Of a stretch of 64,000 bases of DNA, positions 27,559 to 37,716 are shown one piece after another; the stretch's first letter is position 1; each line of letters starts with the position of its first letter. The position numbers and the translations under genes were made by a program. The stretch covers positions 1,692,168 to 1,756,167 of the forward strand of contig NZ_JAJQXW010000001.1 in the NCBI RefSeq assembly GCF_021246445.1, given 5' to 3'. Source of the DNA: Rhabdothermincola salaria. Its GTDB lineage: Bacteria > Actinomycetota > Acidimicrobiia > Acidimicrobiales > Acidimicrobilacustridaceae. The notes below the pieces were generated by a model. It saw nothing but the letters and a program-made list of their open reading frames with translations. It was not told where the DNA came from and did no database searches.

Positions 27559-28949
27559 CAGGCCGCGGTGCCGCCGATGGTGAGGCTGGACACCCGCAGG
27601 GTGGGGACGCCGTCGCCCACGGGGACCCCCTGGCCGTCCTTGCCGCACGTGCCCGGAGGACCCATGGCGAAGTCGTTGCCGAGGGCGTCGATGCGTTGCA
27701 GGACCTCGGGCCCGTTGCCGATGAGGTTGCCCTCGCGCAGCGGCTCGGTGACCTCGCCGTCCTCGATGAGGTAGGCCTCGGTCATGCCGAACACGAAGTC
27801 GCCGGTGGCGGTGTTCACCTGCCCCCCGCCGAGGTGCTTGACCAGGACGCCCCGCTCGGTGGAGGCCACGATGGCGTCGGGGTCCTCCTCGCCGGCGAGC
27901 AGGTAGGTGTTGGTCATGCGGACCATGGGCAGGTGCTGGTAGCTCTGCCGGCGACCGTTGCCGGAGCTGGGGCGACCTTCCTTGCGAGCCCGCAGCAGGT
28001 CCCACATGTAGTCGGTGAGGTAGCCGTCCTCGATGAGGACGTTGCGCTGGGCCGGGTTGCCCTCGTCGTCGATGGCGAGGTTGCCCCACTCCTTGGCCAT
28101 GGTGCCGTCGTCGACGACCGTGACCCCGGGGCTGGCCACCCGCTCACCGACTCGCCCCTTGAACACCGATGCGCCCTTGGCCACGAGGTCGGCCTCGAGG
28201 CCGTGCCCGCACGCCTCGTGGAACAGCACCCCGCCGCCGCCGCTGGCGATGACGACGGGCATCTGGCCGCTGGGCGCGGGGCGGGCCTGGAGCTTGGTGA
28301 GGGCCCGTCCGGCGGCGCGACGGGCCATCTCCTCCACGTCGACCATGTCGAAGAGCTCGAAGCCGACGGTGTGCCCGACGCTCTCGCGCCCGGTCTGCAT
28401 GCCGGTGTCGCCGCTGGCGACGGTGCTGACCGAGAACAGGGTGCGCACGGTGTCGTCGGCGGCCAGCACCCCGTCGGAGTTGGCCACCAGGATGCGCCGC
28501 CGGCTGTCGCCGTAGCTGGCCGACACCTGGCTGATGGCCCCGGCCGTGGCCCGGGCGACCTCGTCGGCGCGCTCGAGCAGCTCGACCTTGCGGGCCTTGG
28601 GGACGTCCTCGGGGTAGGTCTCGATGGCGTAGCCACGGTCGGCGTGGCGACGGGTGAGGGCCACGGTGCGGGTGCCGCCCCCACCGCCCCGCGCCGCGGC
28701 GGCCGCCGCCTCGGCGGCGGTGCGCAGGCCGGCCTCGGTGAGGTCGGCGGTGTGGGCGAAGCCGGTGGTGTCACCGACGACGACCCGGATGCCCGCGCCC
28801 CGGTCTCGCCCGGAGGTGAGCTCCTCGACCTTGCCGTCGTCGAACAGGGCGGACGACGACCGCTTGTCCTCGGCGAAGACCTCGGCGAACTCGCCGCCCG
28901 TGCGCAGGGCGGTGCCGAGCACCCGGTCGATGACGGCTTCGTCGATCAC
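27558..28949 (-). CDS. tldD: Metalloprotease TldD
   Basis: LFHEACGHGLEAD, DDEG, GNGRRQSY..PMVRMTNT, CGKDGQ. Confidence 0.94.
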   Translation of the reverse strand: MIDEAVIDRVLGTALRTGGEFAEVFAEDKRSSSALFDDGKVEELTSGRDRGAGIRVVVGDTTGFAHTADLTEAGLRTAAEAAAAAARGGGGGTRTVALTRRHADRGYAIETYPEDVPKARKVELLERADEVARATAGAISQVSASYGDSRRRILVANSDGVLAADDTVRTLFSVSTVASGDTGMQTGRESVGHTVGFELFDMVDVEEMARRAAGRALTKLQARPAPSGQMPVVIASGGGGVLFHEACGHGLEADLVAKGASVFKGRVGERVASPGVTVVDDGTMAKEWGNLAIDDEGNPAQRNVLIEDGYLTDYMWDLLRARKEGRPSSGNGRRQSYQHLPMVRMTNTYLLAGEEDPDAIVASTERGVLVKHLGGGQVNTATGDFVFGMTEAYLIEDGEVTEPLREGNLIGNGPEVLQRIDALGNDFAMGPPGTCGKDGQGVPVGDGVPTLRVSSLTIGGTAA

Positions 28950-29106
28950 GACGGCGGTCCTCCTCGTCGAGCGGCCCCGGGCCGGACGGTCCGGGGTGTT
29001 GAGTGACACTGTTTCCACCGAAGTGCCTCTGGTAGCAGCGACGCCGGTCACAGAGGCCGACGAGGCCGGTTGGCCCGAGGAGGGTGGGCGGCGTAGCGTA
29101 CCGCCA

Positions 29107-29484
29107 ATGCCTGTCGAAGCCGGTCAGTGCGCAGCCGTGACACTCCTCGTCGGCGACGGTGACACCGCCATCGCCCTGCGCTCCGGCGAGGTCCCCGTCC
29201 TGGCCACCCCCCGCCTCATCGGCCTGTGCGAAGAGGCCGCCGTGAACGCCGTGGCCGGGCACCTCAAGGCGGGTGAGACCACCGTGAGCATGAAGGTGCA
29301 GATCGACCACCTGCAGCCCTCGGCCGTCGGCCACGAGGTCACCGCCGAGGCCACCGTCGACAAGGTCGCCGGGCGACGGGTGTCGTTCACCGTCTCGGTC
29401 AACGACGAGCGGGGCCTGGTGGCCGCCGGGCGCGTCACCCGCGTGGTGGTCGACGCCGAGCAGTTCCTCACCAAGTGCTCCTGA
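29107..29484 (+). CDS. Hotdog-fold thioesterase (FlK-like)
   Basis: SGEVPVLATPRLIGLCEEAA, TTV, IDHL. Confidence 0.85.
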   Translation: MPVEAGQCAAVTLLVGDGDTAIALRSGEVPVLATPRLIGLCEEAAVNAVAGHLKAGETTVSMKVQIDHLQPSAVGHEVTAEATVDKVAGRRVSFTVSVNDERGLVAAGRVTRVVVDAEQFLTKCS

Positions 29485-29575
29485 GCGTCGTGCGAACCGA
29501 GCTGCCGGCCCGATAGGGCGCCGACAGCGACCGGGGCACCTCGCCCGTCGGGGGCCGCGGACCGGACCAACGGTG

Positions 29576-30622
29576 TCAGGAGCCGGCCGGCTCCGCGTCG
29601 GCCTCGTGCAGCGCGCCGAACACGTCACCCAGCTCGGCGAACCCCTCCTCGCCCGCCATCCCGGCGAAGAGGTCGGCCATGGTCACGACCTCGTCGGCCG
29701 GTGGCACCTCGATGGCGACCGGGCGACCCAGGTCCGAGAACGACATGGTGACGGCCAAACGCAGCTCCCGTGCCGCGCCAGCGTCGGGGGACGTGGCGAA
29801 CGAGGCTCCGTCGAGCCCCTCGAGCACCACCTCGGCCCGACGCACGAGCCCGTCGGCGTCGATCCACACCACGTAGGCGGAGGTCAGCCCGTCCAGGTGG
29901 ACGGCGGCATCTTCGCCGGTGACGTCCTCGCCGACCAGCTCGGCCGCCTCCCGCAGGTCCAGGTCGCCTTCGTAGCGGGTGGTCTCCACGCCGTCGACGA
30001 CCTCGGTACCGCTGTCCACCACTGGTTCGGTGACCGCCTCGAGGGCCTCGAGGACCTCTTGGTCGACCCCGACCATCGCCCCACCGCCCCCCGGGCCCAC
30101 GGCGCCGAAGAGGTCCGAGAACGCGCCGTCGACCCGCACCCACACGGTGCCACCCCCGTCACGGCCGAGCAGGGCGGCGGGCACCTGGTTGTAGACCACG
30201 TCGCCGTCGACGACCGTGGTCAGGGGTTCGTCCAGGAAGCCGTCGATCCCGGGGAGCTCCCCTCCGTCGGTCGCCTCGCCCCAGAGGTCCTCACCGATGA
30301 CCGCGGCCATGGCCGACGGGTCGAGGGTGGTGGTCACCGACGAGCGGTCGGCGCCGGTGTCGAAAGCGGTGTCGACCACCATGACCTCCGTGGGCCCACC
30401 ACCCTCGCCGACAGCCTCCACCGCCACGGTCGCCCGGAGCCGCCCGGTGGCGAGCTCACTCGTGCGCTCGGCGGCGTCGCGGACGACGGACGCCCCGGCC
30501 GCGCCCTCGGAGGCCTCGCCCTCGCCGACGCGGGGCCCGCAGGCGGCGACCACCACGAAGAGAACGGCGAGCAGGCCTGCCATCGCCACCAACCGGCGGG
30601 GAGCCCGCCTCGTCGTCGTCAC
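29576..30622 (-). CDS. Putative lipoprotein (LppX/LprAFG-like)
   Basis: Lipobox VAAC; GTEVVDGVETTRY, VWIDADGLVRR, FSDLG.PV.IE.PP. Confidence 0.75.
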   Translation of the reverse strand: MTTTRRAPRRLVAMAGLLAVLFVVVAACGPRVGEGEASEGAAGASVVRDAAERTSELATGRLRATVAVEAVGEGGGPTEVMVVDTAFDTGADRSSVTTTLDPSAMAAVIGEDLWGEATDGGELPGIDGFLDEPLTTVVDGDVVYNQVPAALLGRDGGGTVWVRVDGAFSDLFGAVGPGGGGAMVGVDQEVLEALEAVTEPVVDSGTEVVDGVETTRYEGDLDLREAAELVGEDVTGEDAAVHLDGLTSAYVVWIDADGLVRRAEVVLEGLDGASFATSPDAGAARELRLAVTMSFSDLGRPVAIEVPPADEVVTMADLFAGMAGEEGFAELGDVFGALHEADAEPAGS

Positions 30623-30794
30623 AGTGGTTCCCTCCGCTCGGTCCAGGTCCACCCCGGGGGGCGGCACCGGCACCAACGGTAACGGCTGTCGTCGTCGACG
30701 ACGTCGCGCCGACCAGACGGTCGCGGGGCATCCCGGCGTCACCGTCTCGTCGTCCGGGCGACGCTCGGGGCACGGGCTTCGTACACTTCACGAC

Positions 30795-31970
30795 ATGCAT
30801 CGGGCCTCGCGGCACTCCGCCCCTGACGCGGGCTCCGCGACCCCGGCCGGACCCTCGACCGACTCTGTCGCCCGGCCGTGGAGCCCGGAGGCCGAGCTCG
30901 GCGACCTCGTCGAGAGCACTCTGCCCGAGCTCCTGGCCGCCGAGGCGGAGGCGTCGCTGCCCACCGAACCCGGCGACCGCACCCCTTCGGGCCACCGACG
31001 CGGCATGGTGCTCGGGGCCCGCATCGCGGTGAGCGTCGGGATGCTGGGGGTCCTCTACTGGCAGATGCCCGACTTCGACTGGTCGGCGCTGCTGCCCCGC
31101 TGGTCCTCTCGCACCGCGGGCCTGCTCAGCGCGGCCCTGGCCCTCACCCTCCTCGCCCTCGTGCTGTCGGCCGTGCGCTGGTACCAGGTGCTGCGCGCCC
31201 TGGGCCTGCGGTCCCGGCTCCGCCGCCTGGTGCCGCTCAGCTTCGCCGGCCAGTTCGTCTCCAACGTCCTGCCCACCACCGTGGGGGGTGACGTGTTGCG
31301 GGTCAGCCGGCTGTCCAAGGAGAACGGCGACCCGGCCGGCACGTTCGCGTCCGTGGTCCTCGAGCGCCTCACCGGCTGGCTCGTGCTCCCCCTGATCACC
31401 CTGTTCGGGCTGGCCGTGAACCCCGGGCTGCGCGACCTCGGTCGCGCCACGGTGCTCGCCGTCGTCACCGCCGGCGCCACCCTCGTCGCCCTGGCGGTCG
31501 TCCTGCTCCTGGCCGACAGCCCGCGCGTCGGCGGCCGCTTCGGCACCTCCGGCGGCTGGACCCGTTTCGTCGCCGCCGTGCACACGGGCGTCACCCGCAT
31601 GCGCCGCCGGCCTCTCTCAGCGGCGGCCGTGCTCGCCGTCGGCATCGTCTACCAGGTGGTGCTGTGCCTGGCGGCGCTGATGGCGGCGGCCGCCCTCGGC
31701 ATCGGCGACATGGGGCTGACCCCGCTGCTGGCGTTCTTCCCGGCGGTGCTCATCGCCCAGGTGCTGCCCATCGGCATCGCCGGGCTCGGTATCCGCGAAG
31801 CTGCGTTCGTGGTGTTCCTCACGCCCCTCGGGGTGCCCGCCGAGCAGGCCGTGGCCCTCGGCCTGATGCTCTACCTGTTGAACCTCGCCGTCGGTCTCGC
31901 CGGCGTCCCGACGTTCGCCGTCGGTGGACGCACGACCGCCACCGCCCCCATGACCGCCACGCCCCCGTGA
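30795..31970 (+). CDS. UPF0104 / lysylphosphatidylglycerol synthase TM (flippase-like) protein
   Basis: AVRW, FVSNVLPTTVGGDVLR, SVVLERLTG, LPIGIAGLGIRE. Confidence 0.88.
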   Translation: MHRASRHSAPDAGSATPAGPSTDSVARPWSPEAELGDLVESTLPELLAAEAEASLPTEPGDRTPSGHRRGMVLGARIAVSVGMLGVLYWQMPDFDWSALLPRWSSRTAGLLSAALALTLLALVLSAVRWYQVLRALGLRSRLRRLVPLSFAGQFVSNVLPTTVGGDVLRVSRLSKENGDPAGTFASVVLERLTGWLVLPLITLFGLAVNPGLRDLGRATVLAVVTAGATLVALAVVLLLADSPRVGGRFGTSGGWTRFVAAVHTGVTRMRRRPLSAAAVLAVGIVYQVVLCLAALMAAAALGIGDMGLTPLLAFFPAVLIAQVLPIGIAGLGIREAAFVVFLTPLGVPAEQAVALGLMLYLLNLAVGLAGVPTFAVGGRTTATAPMTATPP

Positions 31971-32896
31971 GCCCTGCCATGCGACGACGCGCGTCCGGGT
32001 CCGACGGCCCGCTCGCCGGCACTGCCGAACCGCGCGTCCGGATCTTTCGCGAGGTCCTCTACATCCTGGCCTTCTACCTGCTCTACTCGTTCGTGCGGAA
32101 CCGCTTCGGTTCGGCCACGGTGAGCCCCGAGACGGCCTACGCCAACGCCCTCACCATCATCGACCTCGAGAAGGCGATGGGCATCTTCAACGAGGCCACC
32201 GTCCAGGGGTGGTTCCTCGACGCATCGGTCTTCCTGCGCGGGGTGAACATCTACTACGGCACCTTGCACTTCGTGGTGCCCGTCGGCGTGCTCGTCTTCC
32301 TCGCCCTGCGCCACCCCGCCGCCTACCCCTTCTGGCGCACCACCCTGCTCGCCGGCACCGGCATCGCGCTCGTCGGCTATGCGCTGTTCCCGCTCATGCC
32401 CCCTCGCCTGCTGTGCGACTGCGCCTACGGCGCCGGTCCGCAGGTGCTCCAGGAGGGTCTGCCCACCTTCGTCGACACCCTGGCGGTGCACGGCGGCCTG
32501 TGGTCGTTCGACTCGGGCACCATGCAGGTGGTCTCCAACCAGTACGCGGCCATGCCCAGCCTCCACATGGGATGGGCCCTGTGGTGCGCGATGGCCCTGT
32601 GGCCGTTCCTGCGGGTCTGGTGGGCCCGAGCCCTGGCCGTGGCCTATCCCCTCTTCACCCTGTTCACCATCGTCGTCACCGGCAACCACTTCTGGCTCGA
32701 CGCCGTCGGCGGGGTGGTCGTGATCGCCGCTGGCTACTGGGTCGCCCGGGCCGTCCAGGCCATGATGCAGAATCGGAGAAGAGGTGCCGGTACCGTGGCT
32801 GGTGACGCAGCCGCCCCGCCGGCCACGATCCCGCCGGCGAGCCCCGACGCCTCCGCCGCCGGCCGCTCCACCGCTCAGGAAGCTCCCGCTCCATGA
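31967..32896 (+). CDS. PAP2-family (Aur1/IPC-synthase-like) membrane protein
   Basis: PLMPPRL, NQYAAMPSLHMGWA, TGNHFWLD. Confidence 0.88.
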   Translation: MSPAMRRRASGSDGPLAGTAEPRVRIFREVLYILAFYLLYSFVRNRFGSATVSPETAYANALTIIDLEKAMGIFNEATVQGWFLDASVFLRGVNIYYGTLHFVVPVGVLVFLALRHPAAYPFWRTTLLAGTGIALVGYALFPLMPPRLLCDCAYGAGPQVLQEGLPTFVDTLAVHGGLWSFDSGTMQVVSNQYAAMPSLHMGWALWCAMALWPFLRVWWARALAVAYPLFTLFTIVVTGNHFWLDAVGGVVVIAAGYWVARAVQAMMQNRRRGAGTVAGDAAAPPATIPPASPDASAAGRSTAQEAPAP

Positions 32897-34761
32897 TCCT
32901 CGAGACCATCTCGTCGCCCGCTGACCTCCGGTCGCTCACCTACGACCAGCTCGACGTGCTCGCCGCCGAGATGCGTGAGCTCATCGTCGACGCCGTCAAC
33001 GCCAACGGCGGCCACCTGGGGTCGAACCTCGGCGTGGTCGAGCTCACGTTGGCCCTGCACCGCGTGTTCGACTCGCCCCACGACATCATCTTGTGGGACA
33101 CCGGCCACCAGGCCTACCCGCACAAGATCGTCACCGGACGAGCTGGTGACTTCACCGGTCTGCGCCAGTCCGGGGGGATGTCGGGCTACCCCAGCCGCGA
33201 CGAGAGCGAGCACGACTGGGTCGAGAACAGCCACGCCTCCACCATCCTCAGCTACGCCTACGGGCTGGCCGTGGCCCAGGCGGCCGACGGGGCCGACCCG
33301 CGCCGCATCGTCGCCGTCGTCGGCGACGGCTCCATGACCGGGGGCATGGCCTTCGAGGGGCTCAACAACCTCGGCCACTCCGGCCGCGACTGCATCATCA
33401 TCCTCAACGACAACGGGCGCTCGTACGCGCCCACCATCTCCAAGCTGGGCGAGAGCCTGGTGAAGATCCGCAACAACCCCGTGTACATGCGTCGTCAGGC
33501 CAAGCTCGAGAAGGCGCTGGCCGAGATGCCCGTGGTGGGCGGTTTCGCCGAGCGGGGCCTCGAGGCCACCAAGGCCGCCATCCGGGAGATGTGGGAGCCC
33601 CATGCCTTCTTCGAAACGCTCGGTGTGCGCTACGCCGGCCCCTTCGACGGCCACGACATCGAGGCCCTCGAGGAGGCCCTGCACAACGCCACGGAGATGA
33701 GCGGGCCGCAGGTGCTGCACGTGCTCACCCAGAAGGGGCGCGGCTACGGCCCGGCCGAGAACGACCCGATCAAGCGGATGCACGACATCGGGGCCCCCAA
33801 GCCGGGCAGCTACACCGCGGCGTTCACCGAGGCGCTCATCACCGAAGCCGAGATCCACCCCGAGATCGTGGCCATCACCGCGGCCATGCCCGACTCCACG
33901 GGCCTGTTGCCCTTCGCCGACCGCTTCCCCGACCGCTGCTTCGACGTCGGCATCGCCGAGCAGCATGCCGTCACCTCGGCGGCGGGCATGGCCATGGGCG
34001 GCCTGCGTCCAGTCGTGGCCCTCTACTCCACCTTCCTCACCCGGGCCATCGACCAGGTCAACCTCGACGTCGGCCTGCACCGCCAGCCGGTCGTGTTCTG
34101 CCTCGACCGTGCCGGCATCACCGGCGACGACGGCCCCTCCCACCACGGCATCCTCGACATGGTGCTGCTCACCAAGGTCCCGGGCATGACCGTGTTCGCC
34201 CCGGCGTCGTACCAGGAGCTCGGTCAGATGTTCCACGACGCCCTCGAGATCACCGACGGACCGGTGGCCATCCGATGGGCCAAGACCGCCGCCCGCCAGG
34301 CGGCTCCCGGTGAGGTCGGTGCCGGGCTGAAGGCCCGGCGACTGCGTCGCGGCGACGACTTGTGCCTCATCTCGGTCGGCAAGATGCTCGATGCCGCCGA
34401 GGCCGCGGCCGAGCGCCTCGAAGCCGACGGCGTCTCGGTCTCGCTGTGGGATGCTCGCGTGGTCAAGCCGCTCGACCCGGCGATGCTCGACGACGCCGGA
34501 CGCCACCCCTACGTGGTCACCGTCGAGGACGGTCTGCGCGACGGCGGCGTGGGCATGGCCATCGCCGACCAGCTCGCCGAGCTCACCGTGGGCCGGCCCG
34601 AGCCGCGGGTGCGGGTGTTGGGCGTGCCCGCGCAGTACATCCCCCACGCCAAGCCCGACGTCATCCTCGCCGACCTGGGCCTCGACACCTCCGGCATCGT
34701 CGCCTCGGCGGTCTCGTTGATGGCGGCCGACCACCCCGAAGGCGCCTCGGCCACGGTCTGA
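32893..34761 (+). CDS. dxs: 1-deoxy-D-xylulose-5-phosphate synthase
   Basis: GGHLGSNLGVVEL, WDTGHQAYPHK, GDGSMTGGMAFEGLNN, DVGIAEQHAV, DRAGITGDDGPSH. Confidence 0.97.
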   Translation: MILETISSPADLRSLTYDQLDVLAAEMRELIVDAVNANGGHLGSNLGVVELTLALHRVFDSPHDIILWDTGHQAYPHKIVTGRAGDFTGLRQSGGMSGYPSRDESEHDWVENSHASTILSYAYGLAVAQAADGADPRRIVAVVGDGSMTGGMAFEGLNNLGHSGRDCIIILNDNGRSYAPTISKLGESLVKIRNNPVYMRRQAKLEKALAEMPVVGGFAERGLEATKAAIREMWEPHAFFETLGVRYAGPFDGHDIEALEEALHNATEMSGPQVLHVLTQKGRGYGPAENDPIKRMHDIGAPKPGSYTAAFTEALITEAEIHPEIVAITAAMPDSTGLLPFADRFPDRCFDVGIAEQHAVTSAAGMAMGGLRPVVALYSTFLTRAIDQVNLDVGLHRQPVVFCLDRAGITGDDGPSHHGILDMVLLTKVPGMTVFAPASYQELGQMFHDALEITDGPVAIRWAKTAARQAAPGEVGAGLKARRLRRGDDLCLISVGKMLDAAEAAAERLEADGVSVSLWDARVVKPLDPAMLDDAGRHPYVVTVEDGLRDGGVGMAIADQLAELTVGRPEPRVRVLGVPAQYIPHAKPDVILADLGLDTSGIVASAVSLMAADHPEGASATV

Positions 34762-34806
34762 TTCCGGTCGAGCTGCCCCCCGGGTCCGGCTCGGGGCAGC
34801 ACCCGG

Positions 34807-35208
34807 TCAGGGCCTCAGCGAGAAGCGCAGCTCGGTCCAGCCGTCGTGGTCGACGAAGCGGGCCTGCACGGACGCGCCGATCGCCGTGTCCTGGTAGGGC
34901 TCGACCCGACCGAAGACGCGACCGCCGCCGTCGAGGTCGACGGTGGCCACGCAGTACGGCACCTCGTCGGCCGAGGCCGGGGTGAGCGGGCGGTGCACCC
35001 GCACGAACGAGTACACGGTGCCGGTGCCCGGCACCTCGAGGTCCTCGCCGCCGGCCGCGCCCTGGGCCCCGCAGTAGGGGCACGACGGCAGGCGCTGGAT
35101 GCGGCGGCGGTCGCAGGACGGGCAGCGTTGGACGACGACCCGGTGGGCGGCGAGGTGCTCCCACCAGGGGGCGGACAGCTCGTCGGGCGTGGGGACGGGG
35201 AGGGTCAT
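34807..35208 (-). CDS. DUF35 zinc-ribbon/OB-fold protein
   Basis: QRCPSC...CPYC, GTGTVYSF, PY..A.VDLDGG. Confidence 0.9.
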   Translation of the reverse strand: MTLPVPTPDELSAPWWEHLAAHRVVVQRCPSCDRRRIQRLPSCPYCGAQGAAGGEDLEVPGTGTVYSFVRVHRPLTPASADEVPYCVATVDLDGGGRVFGRVEPYQDTAIGASVQARFVDHDGWTELRFSLRP

Positions 35209-35215
35209 GGTCGTC

Positions 35216-36061
35216 TCACCGTCCCTCGAAGCGCGGCGTGCGCTTCTCGCGGAAGGCGGCCAACCCCTCGGGGGCGTCGTGGGAGGTGAGGCAGTAGTAG
35301 ACGTCGCGCTCGAGCTCGTAGCGCAGCCCGGCGTCCACGGAGCCGTTGTCGGCCCACAGGTCGTGCATCACCGCTTTGGCGTTGGCCACTGCCAGCGGGC
35401 TCTTGGCCGCCACCTCGGTGGCGAAGGCCAACCCCTCGTCGAGGAGGTCGGCGTCGGGGACGACCCGGCTGGCCAGACCCCACTCGACGCACTCGGGGGC
35501 CGTCAGCAACCGGCCGCTGAAGACCAGCTCCGCGGCTCGGGCCCGACCGATGGCCCGGGGCAGCAGGGTGAGCACCCCTCCCCCGCCCATCTGGCCGAAG
35601 TTGAGGTGACCGTCGCCGATGCGGGCCGACTCGGCCACCAGGGCGAAGTCGCAGTTGAGGATCAGCTCCAGCCCGCCGGCGACGGCGACGCCGTTGACCA
35701 GGGCCACGGTGGGCACCGGCAGCTGGCGGAAGCGACCGAACACGCGGTGCAGGTCGGCCACGAAGCGAGGGAACGCCACCGGGTCCTGCTGCAGCTCCTG
35801 GTAGCCCTTCAGGTCGCCGCCGGCGCTGAACGCCCGTCCGTTGCCGGTCACCAGGACCGTGGCCACCTGCGGGTCGAAGGCGATCTCGTCGAGCGCGGCG
35901 TCGAGGGCGGCGAGCACGGACGTGTCGATGGGGTTGAGGCTGTCGGGGCGGTTGAGGCGCACGACCGCCACCGTGCGGGCGCCGTCGCCCACCGACAGGC
36001 GCTCCCACACGACGGGATCGTCGCCGCCCGTCGGGGCGCGGTCCTCGGGGGTCTCAGCCAT
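35216..36061 (-). CDS. Enoyl-CoA hydratase/isomerase family protein
   Basis: LNRPDSLN, AFSAGGDL, VAGGLEL, AFREKRTPRFEGR. Confidence 0.93.
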   Translation of the reverse strand: MAETPEDRAPTGGDDPVVWERLSVGDGARTVAVVRLNRPDSLNPIDTSVLAALDAALDEIAFDPQVATVLVTGNGRAFSAGGDLKGYQELQQDPVAFPRFVADLHRVFGRFRQLPVPTVALVNGVAVAGGLELILNCDFALVAESARIGDGHLNFGQMGGGGVLTLLPRAIGRARAAELVFSGRLLTAPECVEWGLASRVVPDADLLDEGLAFATEVAAKSPLAVANAKAVMHDLWADNGSVDAGLRYELERDVYYCLTSHDAPEGLAAFREKRTPRFEGR

Positions 36062-37700
36062 GGGTGTCGTCTCCGGGGGTGAGGGCTCGCACCAGTTCGT
36101 GCTTCTGGATCTTGCCCGATGCGGTGGTGGGCAGGACGTCGACGACCTCGAGGCGCTCGGGGCGCTTGTAGACGGCCAGCCCGGCGGCGTCGAGGCGTTC
36201 GATCATGGTGTCGAAGTCGAGCGTGGTGCCGCCGCGCAGCACCACGCAGGCGCAGGTGCGCTCACCCAGGCGGGCGTCGGGCAAGCCGATGACCGCGGCC
36301 CGCTCGACCTCGGGGAAGGCGACCAGCAGCTCTTCGATCTCGCGCGGGGTGATGTTGATGCCACCCCGGATGATGATCTCCTTCTTGCGGCCCACGACCG
36401 TGAGGTAGCCCTCGTCGTCGACCCGGACGAGGTCGCCGGAGCGCACCCAGCCATCCGGGTGGAAGGTGGCCGCGGTGCGGTCGGGGTCGGCGAAGAAGCC
36501 GACGCACGTGTCGGGACCGCGCACCTCGAGCTCCCCGCTCTCACCCGGGTCCACGATCGCACCGTCCTCGTCGACCACGCGGAGCTCGACGTGGCTCATG
36601 GCCCGGCCGTCGGTGTCGCGCTGGTGGTCGGCGCTCGAGTCCGGCCGGTTCCAGGTGGCTACCAGCACCTCGGTGGAGCCGTAGAGGCGCAGCACGCCGA
36701 TGCCCCGCTCGGCGGCCGCGTCGACCAGGGCCGCCGGCACGGGCGCCCCTCCGCTGCCGAACAGGCGCAGCGAGTCGAGCCGCACCTGGCGGCGGTGGGC
36801 GGCCTCGGTGAGGTCCTGGAGGAAGGTGGTGGCGGCCAGGGTGTAGGTGCACCCCTCCGCCGTCACCAGGTCGATGGCCTCGTCCGCGTCCCAACGGTCC
36901 TGCAGGACGAGGGGGAGCCCGTGGTGCAGGGCGAAGCGCAACCCGTAGTTGAAGCCGGTGGAGTGCCCCACCGGGGAGGGCATCCAGACCACGTCGGCGT
37001 CGCCCACCCCCAGGTCGGTGTGGGCGATGCGCACGCTGAACCCGGCGGTCTGCTCGGTGTGCATGATGGCCTTGGGTCGCGCTTCGGTGCCCGAGGTGAA
37101 GATGAGCTCCGACACCGTGCTCGGGTCGCGGTCGCCGAGAACAGGACCGGCGTCGAGCGCGACGGGCTCGCCCTCGCCGACGACGGAGAACCCCGACGCC
37201 GCCGGGTCGGCGGGGACCACCACGATCAGCGGGTCGAGACCGGTGGTGGCGGCGACCTCGGCGGCCAGCGCCACGTGGTCGCATCCCCGGTACTCGGCCG
37301 GAACCACGACCGCGGCCGGGCGGGCCGTGGTGAAGACGTGGGCCAGCTCGCGCTGGCGGTAGTTGGGGAGCAACGGGTTGATCACCGCACCCAGGGAGAG
37401 CACGGCCACGGCCACCACCGCGGCCTCGTGGCGGTTCGGCAGCTGCACCGACACCACGTCGCCCGCCCCCACCCCCCGCGCCGCCAGGGCGGCGGCCAGA
37501 GCGGCGGCCTCGGCGGCCAGCTCGGCGTAGGTCGTGCGGCGATGCCCGTCGACGACGGCCAGCCCCCCGGGTCGGGTGGCGGCGTGGTGCGCCACCCGAC
37601 CGGGCAGGGTCGTGTGGTCCCACCAGCCCGCGTCGCGATAGGCCGCGGCGCGTGCCGGCGGGGTCACCAGGTCGGTGAGTGCCCCGTGGCTGTCCCCCAC
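36054..37700 (-). CDS. Acyl-CoA synthetase (AMP-binding; cyclohexanecarboxylate-CoA ligase-like)
   Basis: FTSGTEARPK, YGSTE, SGDL, GRKKEIIIRGG, LPTTASGKIQK. Confidence 0.92.
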   Translation of the reverse strand: MGDSHGALTDLVTPPARAAAYRDAGWWDHTTLPGRVAHHAATRPGGLAVVDGHRRTTYAELAAEAAALAAALAARGVGAGDVVSVQLPNRHEAAVVAVAVLSLGAVINPLLPNYRQRELAHVFTTARPAAVVVPAEYRGCDHVALAAEVAATTGLDPLIVVVPADPAASGFSVVGEGEPVALDAGPVLGDRDPSTVSELIFTSGTEARPKAIMHTEQTAGFSVRIAHTDLGVGDADVVWMPSPVGHSTGFNYGLRFALHHGLPLVLQDRWDADEAIDLVTAEGCTYTLAATTFLQDLTEAAHRRQVRLDSLRLFGSGGAPVPAALVDAAAERGIGVLRLYGSTEVLVATWNRPDSSADHQRDTDGRAMSHVELRVVDEDGAIVDPGESGELEVRGPDTCVGFFADPDRTAATFHPDGWVRSGDLVRVDDEGYLTVVGRKKEIIIRGGINITPREIEELLVAFPEVERAAVIGLPDARLGERTCACVVLRGGTTLDFDTMIERLDAAGLAVYKRPERLEVVDVLPTTASGKIQKHELVRALTPGDDTHG

Positions 37701-37716
37701 TCGTGCCCCCTCCGGC

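Noticed and set aside
24839..28949. RiPP biosynthetic cluster around tldD/pmbA
   Set aside because: No precursor peptide, YcaO or other modifying enzyme nearby; the only radical SAM protein in the window is MoaA.
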